A stretch of DNA of 64,000 nucleotides from Hydrolagus colliei (taxonomy: Eukaryota). The notes under the pieces are model-generated. The model saw nothing but the letters and a program-made list of their open reading frames with translations. It was not told the DNA's origin and made no database searches. Of the stretch, positions 52,415 through 64,000 are shown one piece after another. Each line of letters starts with the position of its first letter. The first letter of the stretch is position 1. The DNA lies in the NCBI GenBank assembly GCA_035084275.1, contig CM068750.1, forward strand, positions 10,230,001-10,294,000, written 5' to 3'. Position numbers and translations under genes: made by a program.

Positions 52415-52580
52415 CTCCCAGGATTTTAGATTGGCAGTTGATGAACTCTGGCTTTTTGTCTGCAAGGTATCGTTGACAGATATTGTGAAGGATTTGAAAG
52501 AATGTGCACTTCTCAGAGGCTGTGCTTGCAACCCACTGGTCAAAGGCGTTTTCAAACACTAGGTCGAACTCTGGGCAATC
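52415..52580 (-). CDS. stxbp6: Syntaxin-binding protein 6 (amisyn), internal coding exon (PH-like domain)
   Basis: tttgctctag|GAT... encodes DCPEFDLVFENAFDQWVASTASEKCTFFQILHNICQRYLADKKPEFINCQSKILG G|gtgagt; 166 nt, phases 0 and 1 fit the neighbouring exons. Not in the ORF track. Confidence 0.95.
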
Positions 52581-53102
52581 CTAGAGCAAAATAATGTTAA
52601 AGTACTGTTAAAAGCACAGCAATGAACAATAAAACTAACAACATTACACCATACATGGGATCGGAGCATGACATTATTTTACAACCTGGAATAATTGCTC
52701 TGCATAGCCAATATCTAAACTCACTCAGACAACCATCACCATCCCCAAACTTAGAATTTGACCTAAATGGTCAAATTCTAACTTTGTATTCAAAGACGTA
52801 ACTTCTTCTCTCGCAAGAGTTCATTGACACATAAAGGTGCATGAACACAGAAATGGGAAGGGGAGGAAGGAATTCTCTCTTTTTCGTACACACAAAAAAT
52901 AAGGGTGTAGTGATAGTACAGTACCAGTTTCAGATACCAATTGTAACATTCCAGCAATGATCATCTAATAGCAGCAGAGGGTTACACTGGGACTATCCTA
53001 TTATGTGTGGCTCAGTGTTGCACAAAACAGTGATTGAGGAGTCCCAAAATTACATGTTAATGAAGATTCAACTGCACACTTTAGCCCTATCAACTCACTC
53101 AC

Positions 53103-53233
53103 CCGGTTGGAGTCGATACCATTTACTTGTCGTAACTGCTCAAGCATCCACTGTGATCTCTTCACAAAGGACGTGGATCCTTCAAACTGCTTGACTTTTG
53201 TAATATATACCAGTGCCGGCTTCTTGTTGGTCA
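53103..53233 (-). CDS. stxbp6: Syntaxin-binding protein 6 (amisyn), internal coding exon (PH-like domain); upstream coding exon outside window
   Basis: tgtgtag|TG ACC... encodes (V)TNKKPALVYITKVKQFEGSTSFVKRSQWMLEQLRQVNGIDSNR|gtgagt; 131 nt. Confidence 0.95.
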
Positions 53234-53651
53234 CTACACAGAGACGCGAAACAGGTCACACACACAAAATACAGGTACAAAAACCAGAAATTAACACATC
53301 AACATCTGCAAACAATAACTGTGAAATACAACACCAATTTGCTGCAAAAATATATAGTGATATTTTTTGCTACATGTCAGCAAAGCTTACTGACTAGTCT
53401 ATCATTTCAAAATGATGGGGTCCGCTTTGGGTTATTGATTGTATCTTACTGACGTTGCTCCCAACCCCAGCTTGCCACAAGCCAGACACATCAATCGTGA
53501 TTGACTATAAATGACTGCAATATTTCACAGCACTTGTACAAATGGTGGTGACTATGTGAGTCATATGCACTAGTTTTGTGGCTTACATCGTCTATACAAT
53601 CTATCGTGTTACAGACTTGCTGCATACTGCAGTCCAATCTTCACTCTACAT

Positions 53652-53926
53652 CAGTGGTTCCCAACCTTTTTTTGCTGCGACCCTAAATTGGCCACCAACA
53701 GGTCCTACCGACTGAAGCAAAGCTCAGCCAAGACGATATCTCCTTCACTTTTGTGGACTCAGCGCAACTCGCTAATACGGTCTTTCATACAAATTGGTTG
53801 CCGGTGTCGCTTTGGGCACTTTTCAACATTAAAAAAGCATTTTCAGCATTAATAAAGAACAAAAAATAATTCTGATGACCCTTCGCGACCTTGATTTGGG
53901 TCGTGACCTTAGGTTGGAAACCACTG
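53652..53926. mobile_element. hAT (Charlie-like) MITE
   Basis: TIRs CAGTGGTTCCCAACC / GGTTGGAAACCACTG; perfect 8-bp TSD CTCTACAT (53644-53651, 53927-53934); subterminal GCGACC repeats. Confidence 0.93.
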
Positions 53927-56900
53927 CTCTACATGCACCACACAAATTACAAATGACAGGCGTAAAGCAATTTTTTAAATTGGCAGCTTCATTATTTAAA
54001 AAAATCACAAAATCTTGGAAGGGATTTGAATGCAGTGCTTTTTTAAACATCCATCAGGTGGATCTCCCTGTCTTTTACATTAAGATACATCTCAAGAAAT
54101 AGCGCTTCGGCCGCATTTTCATTCATCTTTCCCTTCCCCAACCCCTTCGGCTTCCACCCCTTTCAGACGCCCAGCCAGTAGTATTAAACGCTTTGCGAGA
54201 TTCTCCTGAGGCAAAAGGCGCCATATAAATCATAGGAACAAAAGGTCATGGATCCTGGATCCATCCACACCTTCAAGAGTGAGGTTGATACATTTTTGGT
54301 AGTTCAAAGTATTAAAGGATATGGGGAGAAAGTGGGAAATTGCAATTGAAAGGATTAGTAGAGGTATAACAACAATAACAAAATTACACTTGTATAGCGC
54401 CTTTCACGTCAGGAGATCAGCCATGATCTAATTAAATACCAATAGGAGTGTTTGAAGAGGTATATTTGAAACCCACAATCGTATTATATTCACTAAACAT
54501 TTTTAAAGTTACAATTAATTTCAATGATATTGCACCCACTTCTAGATGTCAAGCTAATCTCAGAAAATAAAAATGGTTTACTTCTGCACTGCGCAATGGC
54601 GGTGAATAAATCTCTTATTTTTTATACAGCATTATATGGGCTGCAGAAATGACAGTATATGGGTTAAATGCAAGAATCTGTTCAGAACAGGAGTGTTCTA
54701 GTGCCTGTCAAGATCCCATTACTGTATTTCTGAGCAATCAATCAAACAACAATGGGTCTGTGCTAGCAGCCCAGCCTAAAGAAGTCCTGCTGTGGGAATA
54801 TTCTCAAACATTTCAGCAGAATATCCAGTATTCTGTCTGCAGTACAAAGAACCCCCATTCCCCAAACAAATCCTGCCATGACCCATTACTGTACATCCAA
54901 ATTACAGCCCATTTATTTAGTGAATCAATTTAGCACTACATGTTCTGTGAAAAATGGTATTAGTCAGTAAATTTCAAGCTCGACTCATTCCAGTAATACT
55001 ACTGCAAGAATTAATGATGCCAAGCAGAAAAGGCAACAGAAAATATGTCCTGAATTCTGTAAATCTTCCAATAAAAACAACAGAAGCAGTAGGAATTTAA
55101 TGCAAAAATCCATTTGTTATTGACATTTTCTCTGAATTCTTGATGTGTTACAATGCAGTAGACAGTAACTGCAGTGCAGTATCAACAGAATATACTGAAG
55201 AGGAACATTCAGTGGGGAATTATGGAATACAGAATTTATGAGTGAGGAAACCAGTGACTATTAATTGTCCTCTTCACATAAAAGGTAAATTCCATTTATG
55301 CAACATATGCCTTCTATGACATTAACAAGTGTTAATTTTGCAAACCACAGAACACATTAGTCAGTATTTGGTTTTTAATGTATGTGTAACATTTTTGATT
55401 CATTGAAATAACCCTCCAAGTAAGGCAGATGAGATTAAAATACCAATAACTAGGGATTTGGTTACCCTCTCAAAATAAAACGTTTGGTAGTGTAGAGAAG
55501 TCAACACTCTGCTGGATTTGGATTCTAAAAATATGTAATTCAGGATCAGGAAACAAGAGTCTCAAGGTATAAAGAAATCTTACCACCTCACCCTTTTCTA
55601 TGAACACATGATCAGTAAAACTGGTCATAAAGCTTATGAATTAAGTTTCAAACCTACCTCTTCAAATGCTCCTAATTCCCCCTCCCACACCTCGCTTGCT
55701 CAGATGAAATCAAGTCCCTGTAAAGCATTCTAAAACATTACCCGAGTTGAAAGGCACTATATAAATGCAAGTTGTTGCTGAATTACATCAGTTTCCAGGT
55801 TTCTAAAATATGTAGCAAGTGCCAGAATTAAGCAAGACCAGAAAGAACCTGTGTTTATGCTGCTCCGGCAATGCAGTTTGCCAAGAAGCAAATTCTCTCA
55901 ACCTCGGGAAGAGTGGCCCACGCAGAACATATTGTGTATTTCTTGGGTAAATGGAGGTGATAAAAAAGGGAACAAGGAAAAGTAGAGGAAAGGTTAAAAA
56001 AAAGAAAGCATATTGAAAAAGAGGAAGAGCACAGGAAAAGGGGGAAAGAAACTACAGTACATTTGATTCATCGTGGTCATATTTCTCATTCTCTAACATG
56101 CCAACAGTAGCACTATGTTCTGAAGCAAATAAGTACTCATCATATCAATGACAATCTTTGTATCTATCCCAACACTGGTGGGTGAAGGTGTCATAAGTGC
56201 AACACAAATCTATTCTGGCCAGATGGGTTGTAGTGTGCACTGATCTCACGCAGTGTAGTAAAATTGAAATTGAAGTAATTTCTTTTCAAACAAATTTACA
56301 TAACTTAAAAAGATGTATACAGTATTGCCAACAGGAAAGGAAAGGCACTAAAAGAGGGAGAGAGGCAGCAAGGATGGAAGGAAGGAGAAAAAATAGGAAA
56401 GAGGACAATGATACACGTAATCTCTCACTCAGTCTTCGCAAAAGACCTATTGCTGTCTTCTCACATTACCAAAAAGTGGTGTTGGTTGATCACTAAATAT
56501 ACATCTGATCCAAGTTGCCTTTACACTAAAGATCACTTGCTTCATTTCAATTTATATGGGATCATGTCTCCTTCAGTGAAACCTTTTAAAATTGATTTAA
56601 TAGACCTGTCAATAGTAGAAGGGAAATCACAGAAAGGTTGTGCAGCCTGATTTATGCTGCTAGGGGGTAGTTCAGGTAATTAAACCTCTCTTAAATGAAA
56701 GTGCATTGCATAAGCAGAACAGGCGAACAATTCCTTATTCCACTGTGGTGTAGGAATTCGAGATTTAGTCTATTTGGGTAACATTTCAGAGTGCCCAGAA
56801 TTTGTCAAATTCTTAAATATAATCTTCACAGTGTTATACTTAATGGTAAAGGAAATCTCTCATTCAAAGTCTTCTTTGCAAAGTACCCAGTACCATCTTT

Positions 56901-58326
56901 TCTATCCATCATTTACCAGAATGATTATGGAGCAAGAGGTGCATTTGATAGCATATTGCTGTATTACTGGCAGAGGGAAGGCAAAGGGAACAGCTGAATG
57001 GCAAAGTACAGTAGACATTCATTGGTTCCCAGTATCTTTACCCCTAACCCATGCCAGATTGAGTAAGCAAATGGATGTAAACTCCAACCCGAGTGCCAGA
57101 TTATGAAGGAATCAGTATCCATTTCTTCCCAACCAGCCCCCAGTTGAGGTTATATTTCCAATACTTTCAAGATCCAATATTGAGATTGAATATTTTCCAG
57201 AATGCAGTTGCTTTAAAAACCTAAATATTTGCAAACTCAAGATTCAATTCACTTGTTACCACCAGTCGATATAGTATCTATTAAAAAAGTTGTTGCTTTA
57301 AGACTGAGGTCCACCATTGACTCCAGTATCCATCACTTTCTTCCCTCCTCAAAGATATTTGGTTTTCCAGCCAAAGGGAATCTGTTGATGACATCCACTA
57401 GCCTGGACATCCACTAGAAATCACCAACCAAACCATCATCATCATCAGGAGGCATCTTCCTACTCTAAAATAGCAATAAATAGCTGTCCTTTCTCCCACA
57501 AAACAGGCCGGGAACAAGAACAAGCAAGTGCTAAGAACAAGCAAACTGAAATCACTCAAAGCCTGGCAACATCTGGGGCTCAGAGGCTGGGATCACTGCA
57601 CCAAGACATTGTTCTCAATTTAGTTGGACAAACAGGTCTTTCAAGGAAATGAGTTTTCTGTATCTTAACAGGGCTATTCATCTCTTGTGCTGTAGTATCT
57701 TCTATTTTTAGTCTATTGCTTTCAGTAACTGAGGAGACATTCATTGTCGTCCATCAGTTTGACCCAAGATAATGGCAATTATTGTCATCTGGCCTTCCTT
57801 CAATGATTGCACCACTACCAATTACAACATGAAGCTGCTGTATGGCCTGTGCTTCCATCCATCCATGTTATCCATGCAGGAGCTTTCTAGTTACATATTA
57901 ATTTAACTGGTCTTTGCTGGCAGTCAGATAGGATGATTTGTTTTTGGAACGGAAAGGACAACACAGCCAGCAGAAACACACTTGGCAGGTCACCAGAGGT
58001 CACACACTGTTAATGTTTAGTCAGTTGAAAATCATCCAAAACCTGGGCAAGTACACAAAATAAAGCTCCCGAACTACCCAAGAGCAAAATAAAGCTCCCG
58101 AACTATCCTTGCCCCTTTCTTCTGATCTGGCTGGTAACAAGATTATCAGGTATTTATTATTGTGATCCCTTTGGTATGATACATGTTCATATTTAGACGG
58201 AGATCTGGCATATATATCAAATCAGATGAGATTATGTACTACATCCACCATTTCAGTTTTATCAATGTTTTTACTGTTTCATTCCCTGTCACTAGTTCAA
58301 GCTATTTTCAAGAGCAAAACTAGGGA

Positions 58327-58775
58327 AATAATAATAATCCTTGTGTTTGATATAGCACTTCAGCATCTTGTTGAGATGTCTCAAAGTGCTTCACAGAATA
58401 TATGTAAAGTGAATTGCTTTTAATAAATAGCGTAGAAAGCGGGCAAGACTAGTGTAGAGTCCCATGACTCAGTGTTAGAGCACTCGCCTTGCAAACGAGA
58501 GACCTGGGTTTGATATGCAGCAGGATGAAACCTTCGGCAAGTTTGCTTAATTACTCCACATGCCTGATAATAATCCCTCAAGAAAAAAAACCCAACAATA
58601 AATATTTGGTCACTCAATCCACAATTGTTTGTGGGACACTGCTGTTGTGCAATTAGCTGTTCCGTTTCGTCCATTAAATATAGTCAATTCACTTTACAGT
58701 ATATTCTGTGGAGAGTTTTAAGATGTCTAGATGGCATGACAAGTGTGATATTGAATGCAAGGATTATTATTATTA
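58327..58775. mobile_element. Partial SINE tail (-, 58327-58419) next to a full-length SINE (+, 58457-58775)
   Basis: Family tail in reverse orientation followed by tRNA head, body and (ATT)n tail. Confidence 0.85.
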
Positions 58776-60594
58776 GAGATCGAGAAAAAAAGACTGTATA
58801 CAAGGAGAAACAAAAACACACAAAGGAAAACGGTGAAATAGTAGGGCAGATTTTGAAGAATAAACACATTGCTTTTTGCTTTCACGTACATCAAGGAAAA
58901 ACTAAGATGTTTCGCAGTTTGCATAGCTCTGTTGTGCATTTGCTTTTCTATATACACAGGAAAATAATGAGAAAGTAGAGTCCTTTCAAACATTATAGTT
59001 TGGGGCCATAAAATCCAAAATGTTATAACAGACCTAGAGGAGAGCAGAGTTTAATTTGGTTGTCAGAAATCCATATTTTTGTGGAAGTCACAGGATAGCG
59101 AGCAGCATGGGAGTTCACTGATTAAGGGCTTATTTTGGAGTGATTTTGCCGCATAAAAAGTTAAACGTGAATGATAATCTGTACTAGCCCAAAAATCAAT
59201 GCATAAAATGATGAGTATATTCACACTCATGGAATTCTTGTAACCTGATCTTTTCATATACCCTGTCATCTATGACTTATTCAGGTAGATGTTAAAGAAC
59301 CCATGACAATTTAAAAACGGGGAGTCTCTCCTGGGAACTAACAATCCTCCAAATCAATTGTTTCTTCACTTCAATGAATGTTGTTTGTGAGACCTTCTAT
59401 GCAAATAATTTGCTGCGTTAGCCTACAATTACACAGTCACATATGATATATACATATAATATATATTTATATAGAATATATTTATAAATTCCAGCACAAG
59501 AACCCATCTGCCAGTTGAATCTATACTGCTGACAGTTCCTGTACTGGAGCCAAATACTTTATTCCTAATTCCCCATTTTTTCCAGTCTAATAGAGTTCAC
59601 ATATCAATGATTTTATTTGGGTTTTCATATTCGAAAAATCCTTGGAAATGCAGAGTCAGGAAAATAAACCTGTCATTACCAGCACCAGCTGCCTGTTAAT
59701 TAGAGGTTACTCCTCACAGCGTGTCCTGCCAACCTCCAAGAAAGAGTGACATTGTCAGTAGCTGTGCAGGAATCTGTGACTCAACTATTCTATCCTTCCC
59801 CTGGGCAAACATGAGGAAGGGAACAAGCAGCCCATCCCTCCCAGAGAGGGAGTATTCCCCCTCCAACCCCCAAGGAATGAACAGCACACAAGACTCCTGA
59901 CAAATGTAGGAGAATACAAAGGCAGGCAGAATAATCTGTAACTGCATAAATATGCGGAATGGAAATAAATTAGAAAAGTCATGCCACGGCAGCCACACCA
60001 GAACAAACAAGGATCCACAAACTAGCAAGAGGTGAAATTGAACCCAAATCAAATCATCAGCAAAGTGAATGTTCCAATCCTGCAAAATTTCTGCAAGATA
60101 ATTTTAAATGGGAATAATTTTTCAAAAGTTCCTGCAGTTCATCACAACGCACTTTGATGCTGTCTTGTAAAGGTTGCGAGGAATAGAATTAAATTGGCTC
60201 CAATTTTGTGAAAAGCATTATCCACATGTGCACATCATACTCCAAAAGTCTTTTCCCATTGAGTAGCAAAACACTTGGATCAGCGTTGAGTGGCATTCAT
60301 CTCTAATTAGAAAATCCTCTTAGCTAGCTGAACATCAGTAGATCTAGTGCTAGATTGCTACAACACACCCTACAGTCACACTGTTTTATACAGAGAAACA
60401 AAGCTTTGTCCATAAGTTTTTTTCTGTGCCACTATCAAAATAAATGAATCACCATCAGACTGGTTCACATTCAAGAGGCATATTCCACAAAATTAAACCA
60501 GAATAGTGACCAATCCATGATTTCGACCCATAAAAGGTAGATTGCAGTGTGACCGAAAGCAGTCACTGTGACACGGGGTGAAAGTAGAGTCTAT

Positions 60595-60764
60595 GGAGTC
60601 CTGCAGCTCAGTGGTTAGAGCACTCGCCTCGCAAGCGAGAGACCTGGGTTTGATTCCTGGTAGGGCGAAACTTTGGCAAGTTTTCTTACTCCACACGCCT
60701 GATAAAAATCTCTTAAGAAAACATAATAATTAATTAGTCAATTGAATCCACAATGTTTGTGGGA
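60595..60764 (+). mobile_element. tRNA-derived SINE 5' half, joined directly to hammerhead element
   Basis: GGAGTCCTGCAGCTCAGTGGTTAGAGCACTCGCCTCGCAAGCGAG head; homology stops at gtttgtggga. Confidence 0.85.
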
Positions 60765-60904
60765 ACTCTGATGAAGGGTTGTGGACCTGAAACATTGATT
60801 CACTTTTCCTTTCTCCATAGATCCTGCCTGAGCAGCTGAGTGTTCCTAGCGACTTCTGTTTTTGTTTCAGATTACCAGCATCTGCAGTATTTTGCGTTTT
60901 TGTT
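60765..60904 (+). mobile_element. Short Penelope-like element with minimal hammerhead-ribozyme core, copy 3
   Basis: CTGATGA (60768-60774) A GGGTT GTG GACCT GAAAC (60789-60793) ATT, then the same 3' body as copies 1 and 2. Confidence 0.75.
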
Positions 60905-63788
60905 AGATAAAACTACTAACTGGATAGAACTGCCAAATTTTGGACTCAAATAGTCCAGAGTGACACTGAGTGCAATGTTGGGGGTGCCCACATCCATAGG
61001 ATGAGACACTAAACCTCTGCAGGACACAGCAAGCCTCTTGTATTCAGATGAGAAATAATAATAATAATCCTTGCATTTGATATAATGTTTTTCATGTCTT
61101 CTAGAGGAAGATGAATTTCAGCAACAATTGGGTCTGGATTCACATTATGACTCAGGTATGGCAAACATTATTATAACTATCTGCACTAATCTGTGGTTTG
61201 GTTTGCTCAATAATCATTTACAGTGTTAGTCACAAAACATGGAGAAGGTTAGGCTCCACTTGAAACAACTTTGGCTGCTCTTTTATACACTGGAGTTACA
61301 CATTGCCAAATAAAAATAATTGTATTGGTTATCATTCTTAGTTCCACTTCAGCACAATTTTTACAATATTCACTATAACTACAGCAAGAGGATATATATT
61401 TAGATACCAAACTGCAGGTTTGCTTTGGTTCAAAGCTATTTTGCATGACACACCTTTGCTAGTATTCTGTTTAAATGGATTGCCAAATGCCGTTTCGGTT
61501 GTCCAGCATGTTTTCACAACCTAGATTGGTTCATCATCCATAAACTGGGGTCTGCAATTTAACACTGTGACATAAGGCTTAGAGGAAAGTCACAGCAACG
61601 CAGATTGTACTGAGACTAAAGGCGTCAATGTGCAGCCCGATGCTTCTGCAAGGAAAGTCATTTGCTTTGACAATTCTTACATCAAGATCTAGCAATTATC
61701 ACACCAAGATACAGTAATTCGTTTTTGTTAAAGAAAGCATTCATAATTTTTTGCAACAATTAATAATATGCATTATTTCTTCATGTTTAGTTTTCATCAA
61801 TTATGTAAAATAAATGTTGGGTGACACTAAAATGTACCTGAATATCACCAAACGCTCCAGCAAATTTGCATAAAATTTGTCAACCCACCAACTTGGAGTA
61901 AATATTTCCCCAATTTTCTATTGGCTCTGATTATGGTAAATAATTGCATGACGTCCTTCACTTCCTCTCTCCTCATTCTTACCTAATTTTACATAACTAA
62001 AGTAATAAAAGTCTGGTTTACTCCAGAGACAGTTCAATACTGAATGTTACTTTTGTGATGATTCTTTCTCTAAAAAAAAATTGTAATCCTTCCAAGAGCA
62101 TAGTGCTTTGAATGTAATTTACTGCTGATTTTCTTACATAAATTTATTTAATCTGGAACCTCCAGTAAATTAAGATTGGTAGCAGCATCATACAGGACAA
62201 AAACAAGGTCAAACATTTGCAGAGGCTTCGCTTGCATTAATGGCAGCACCCCAGAATGAGGTTTGTCTACCGTGAATCCCACCCAACTTTTCTCTTCCAA
62301 ACCAAGAATTTGTCAGCTTCTTGCTTCAATACTCGTGCCACAAGCTGCACACATTTGCAAAGGTTCAGTTTACATTCTCCCTACAATCGTTCTCACAAGG
62401 GTACTGTACAGCGCCAGTCTTCAAAGATCAGTCGTTTGAATTATTCATCATTTGCCTGACAGCAAAGAGTTTGTTTTCATGATTCCAAGCTGTCAGCGTT
62501 TGTTTTAGCCATTTCACTTTCTGACCTTGAAACTCTCTTCTCCAGCTCATTGAATCCTTATCCAACGGTAATGATGCATAATGTACAGAGAAGTCACAAT
62601 GTGGGGTCTAAAATATAAGTGGGTGGGAAACATCTCCATTGGAGAAACTCAGCTTAACCCTCAACTGAAATTATGCGCTTATCAGCTGCACCAGACAGCC
62701 AAAGGTACAGCACAATCTCTGGCACCAAATGCATCTTTTGTGTTTCCATCTAAACAGCACATCCAACCCGGCAACGACTACTGTAGTAATGAAGACAGAG
62801 CTCTCAGCAATGAGGAGCATACTGTAGCCATCAGAGGGTGCTGTGGAAATTAAGGTTACAATCTGCACTGTTAACAAGCCAGCTCTTGGATCAGTCTGCA
62901 ATTATCTCATCCTACTGTTGAGGAGGTCACAGCTGCCACTGCCCATAAAATAGGACCTGGGTTCTGGCCCCACAGAAGTCACAACTGCAAGTTTTTAACA
63001 TTACCAAATTATAATCACTTGAAAATCCAAATCCATTTTCTTTTTGAAAAATCCACAAATAGTGCAGCTCCCATTAGATTCAGGCACAAAGTATTAGCAA
63101 CCATGGGGATCCCTGACTAACTGGAGCTATTCTGCGCAGTGGGAAATCCAATTCGTAACCTCTAGTGACTCCAAACTGGCCCATTGTGGGTTTAGCTGAG
63201 AAATAATACACAGTTTAATCAGAAGGGTTTCAGCACCTGAGGACTGAATCACACCTTCAGAAACCAATTTGAAAGGCTGAGTTTCAAACTTGCTGAAAAT
63301 TCTTTTGTGATTCTTAATTACACCAGAAAGGGAGACAGCATCAGAAACGATTTACTACATGTAGAGATACTACACATAGCTGGAAGCTATTTAAATATCT
63401 TTCAAACTCAACACTAAAACTAAAATATAATTAACAGGAGCTTATTTAGTGCCCTTTATTCCGGACAGTGCCTCAGAGGGTTTAATAGTGGCGGAGCCCA
63501 ATGCCGGCTCCTTGCCACATAGCAAGGAGCAAACATTTGCTCTACACTCTTTGCATTAGCCAGTACACAGTAAGTATCGAGTTAAAGTAGACATTTTGCT
63601 GACATTTGATGGCTGATGGCTCAGTGCCACTTGTTCAACACTCAGCCTGTAAACCGTGTACTCACCACCACAACATGGCACAAGAGACAATATGCAAGCA
63701 GCAAAAGCTGCACCTGTGGCGTTGCTATCAATAGTCTTTAGTTTCATGGCTGTTTGTAAGATTTTGCTGAACGCAACATTGCTGCCAC

Positions 63789-64000
63789 TAGGGAATGGCG
63801 ATGTATAGGTTTTTCGATTAAACCCTATATGATTTTCAGATCGGTATGCCGATATCGTGATTCTAAAAAAACCGTTACATCGAGAGATTCGATTTTAAAA
63901 ATCTACATCGTTATATTTTTAATATCGTTCCTGGCAATATATCAATATTGTTGGTATTATCAGTGTAATGCGATCTTTTCCAGCTTACCTTGTTGCCGGC
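63789..64000. mobile_element. Possible left end of a hAT-like DNA element (runs off window)
   Basis: Starts TAGGGAATGGCGAT followed by many CGAT/ATCG motifs, CpG-rich against the flank; other end not visible. Confidence 0.35.

Noticed and set aside
18959-58978. Recurrent ORFs with [13 protein letters not shown]...YIKCKDYYY peptides suggesting a gene family
   Set aside because: All are translations of the same SINE 3' region.
53234-64000. First coding exon of stxbp6
   Set aside because: No minus-strand segment encoding an amisyn-like N-terminus was recognised; it presumably lies beyond position 64000.

Overview
Eukaryotic (vertebrate, probably cartilaginous-fish; inferred from repeat content and protein sequences) genomic DNA, so most of the ORF track is spurious. 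Two convergent protein-coding genes are supported. On +, a complete two-exon delta-type neuronal connexin gene, gjd2 (Cx35/Cx36 type; exons 1121-1191 and 2225-3053, 299 aa), followed by a 200-N gap with a false overlap duplication. On -, the last four coding exons of stxbp6/amisyn (53103-53233, 52415-52580, 41186-41343, 31301-31324); its first coding exon lies beyond the window. The rest is intron/intergenic DNA with many copies of a tRNA-headed SINE with an L2-type tail, CR1 and L2 remnants, hAT and Tc1/pogo MITEs with intact TIRs and TSDs, and a 1.04-kb tandem duplication carrying a solo-LTR-like promoter cassette. It also holds three copies of a short Penelope-like element with a minimal hammerhead-ribozyme core (one fused to a SINE Pol III head), a family of ~60-nt stem-loop-only retroposons, and several TE-free blocks that look like conserved enhancers. 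I do not see a clearly new multi-gene system. The best leads are the hammerhead elements and SINE-hammerhead chimera, the stem-loop-only retroposons, and loss of two kinase-regulatory residues in the connexin loop. TE boundaries are read by eye and are approximate.
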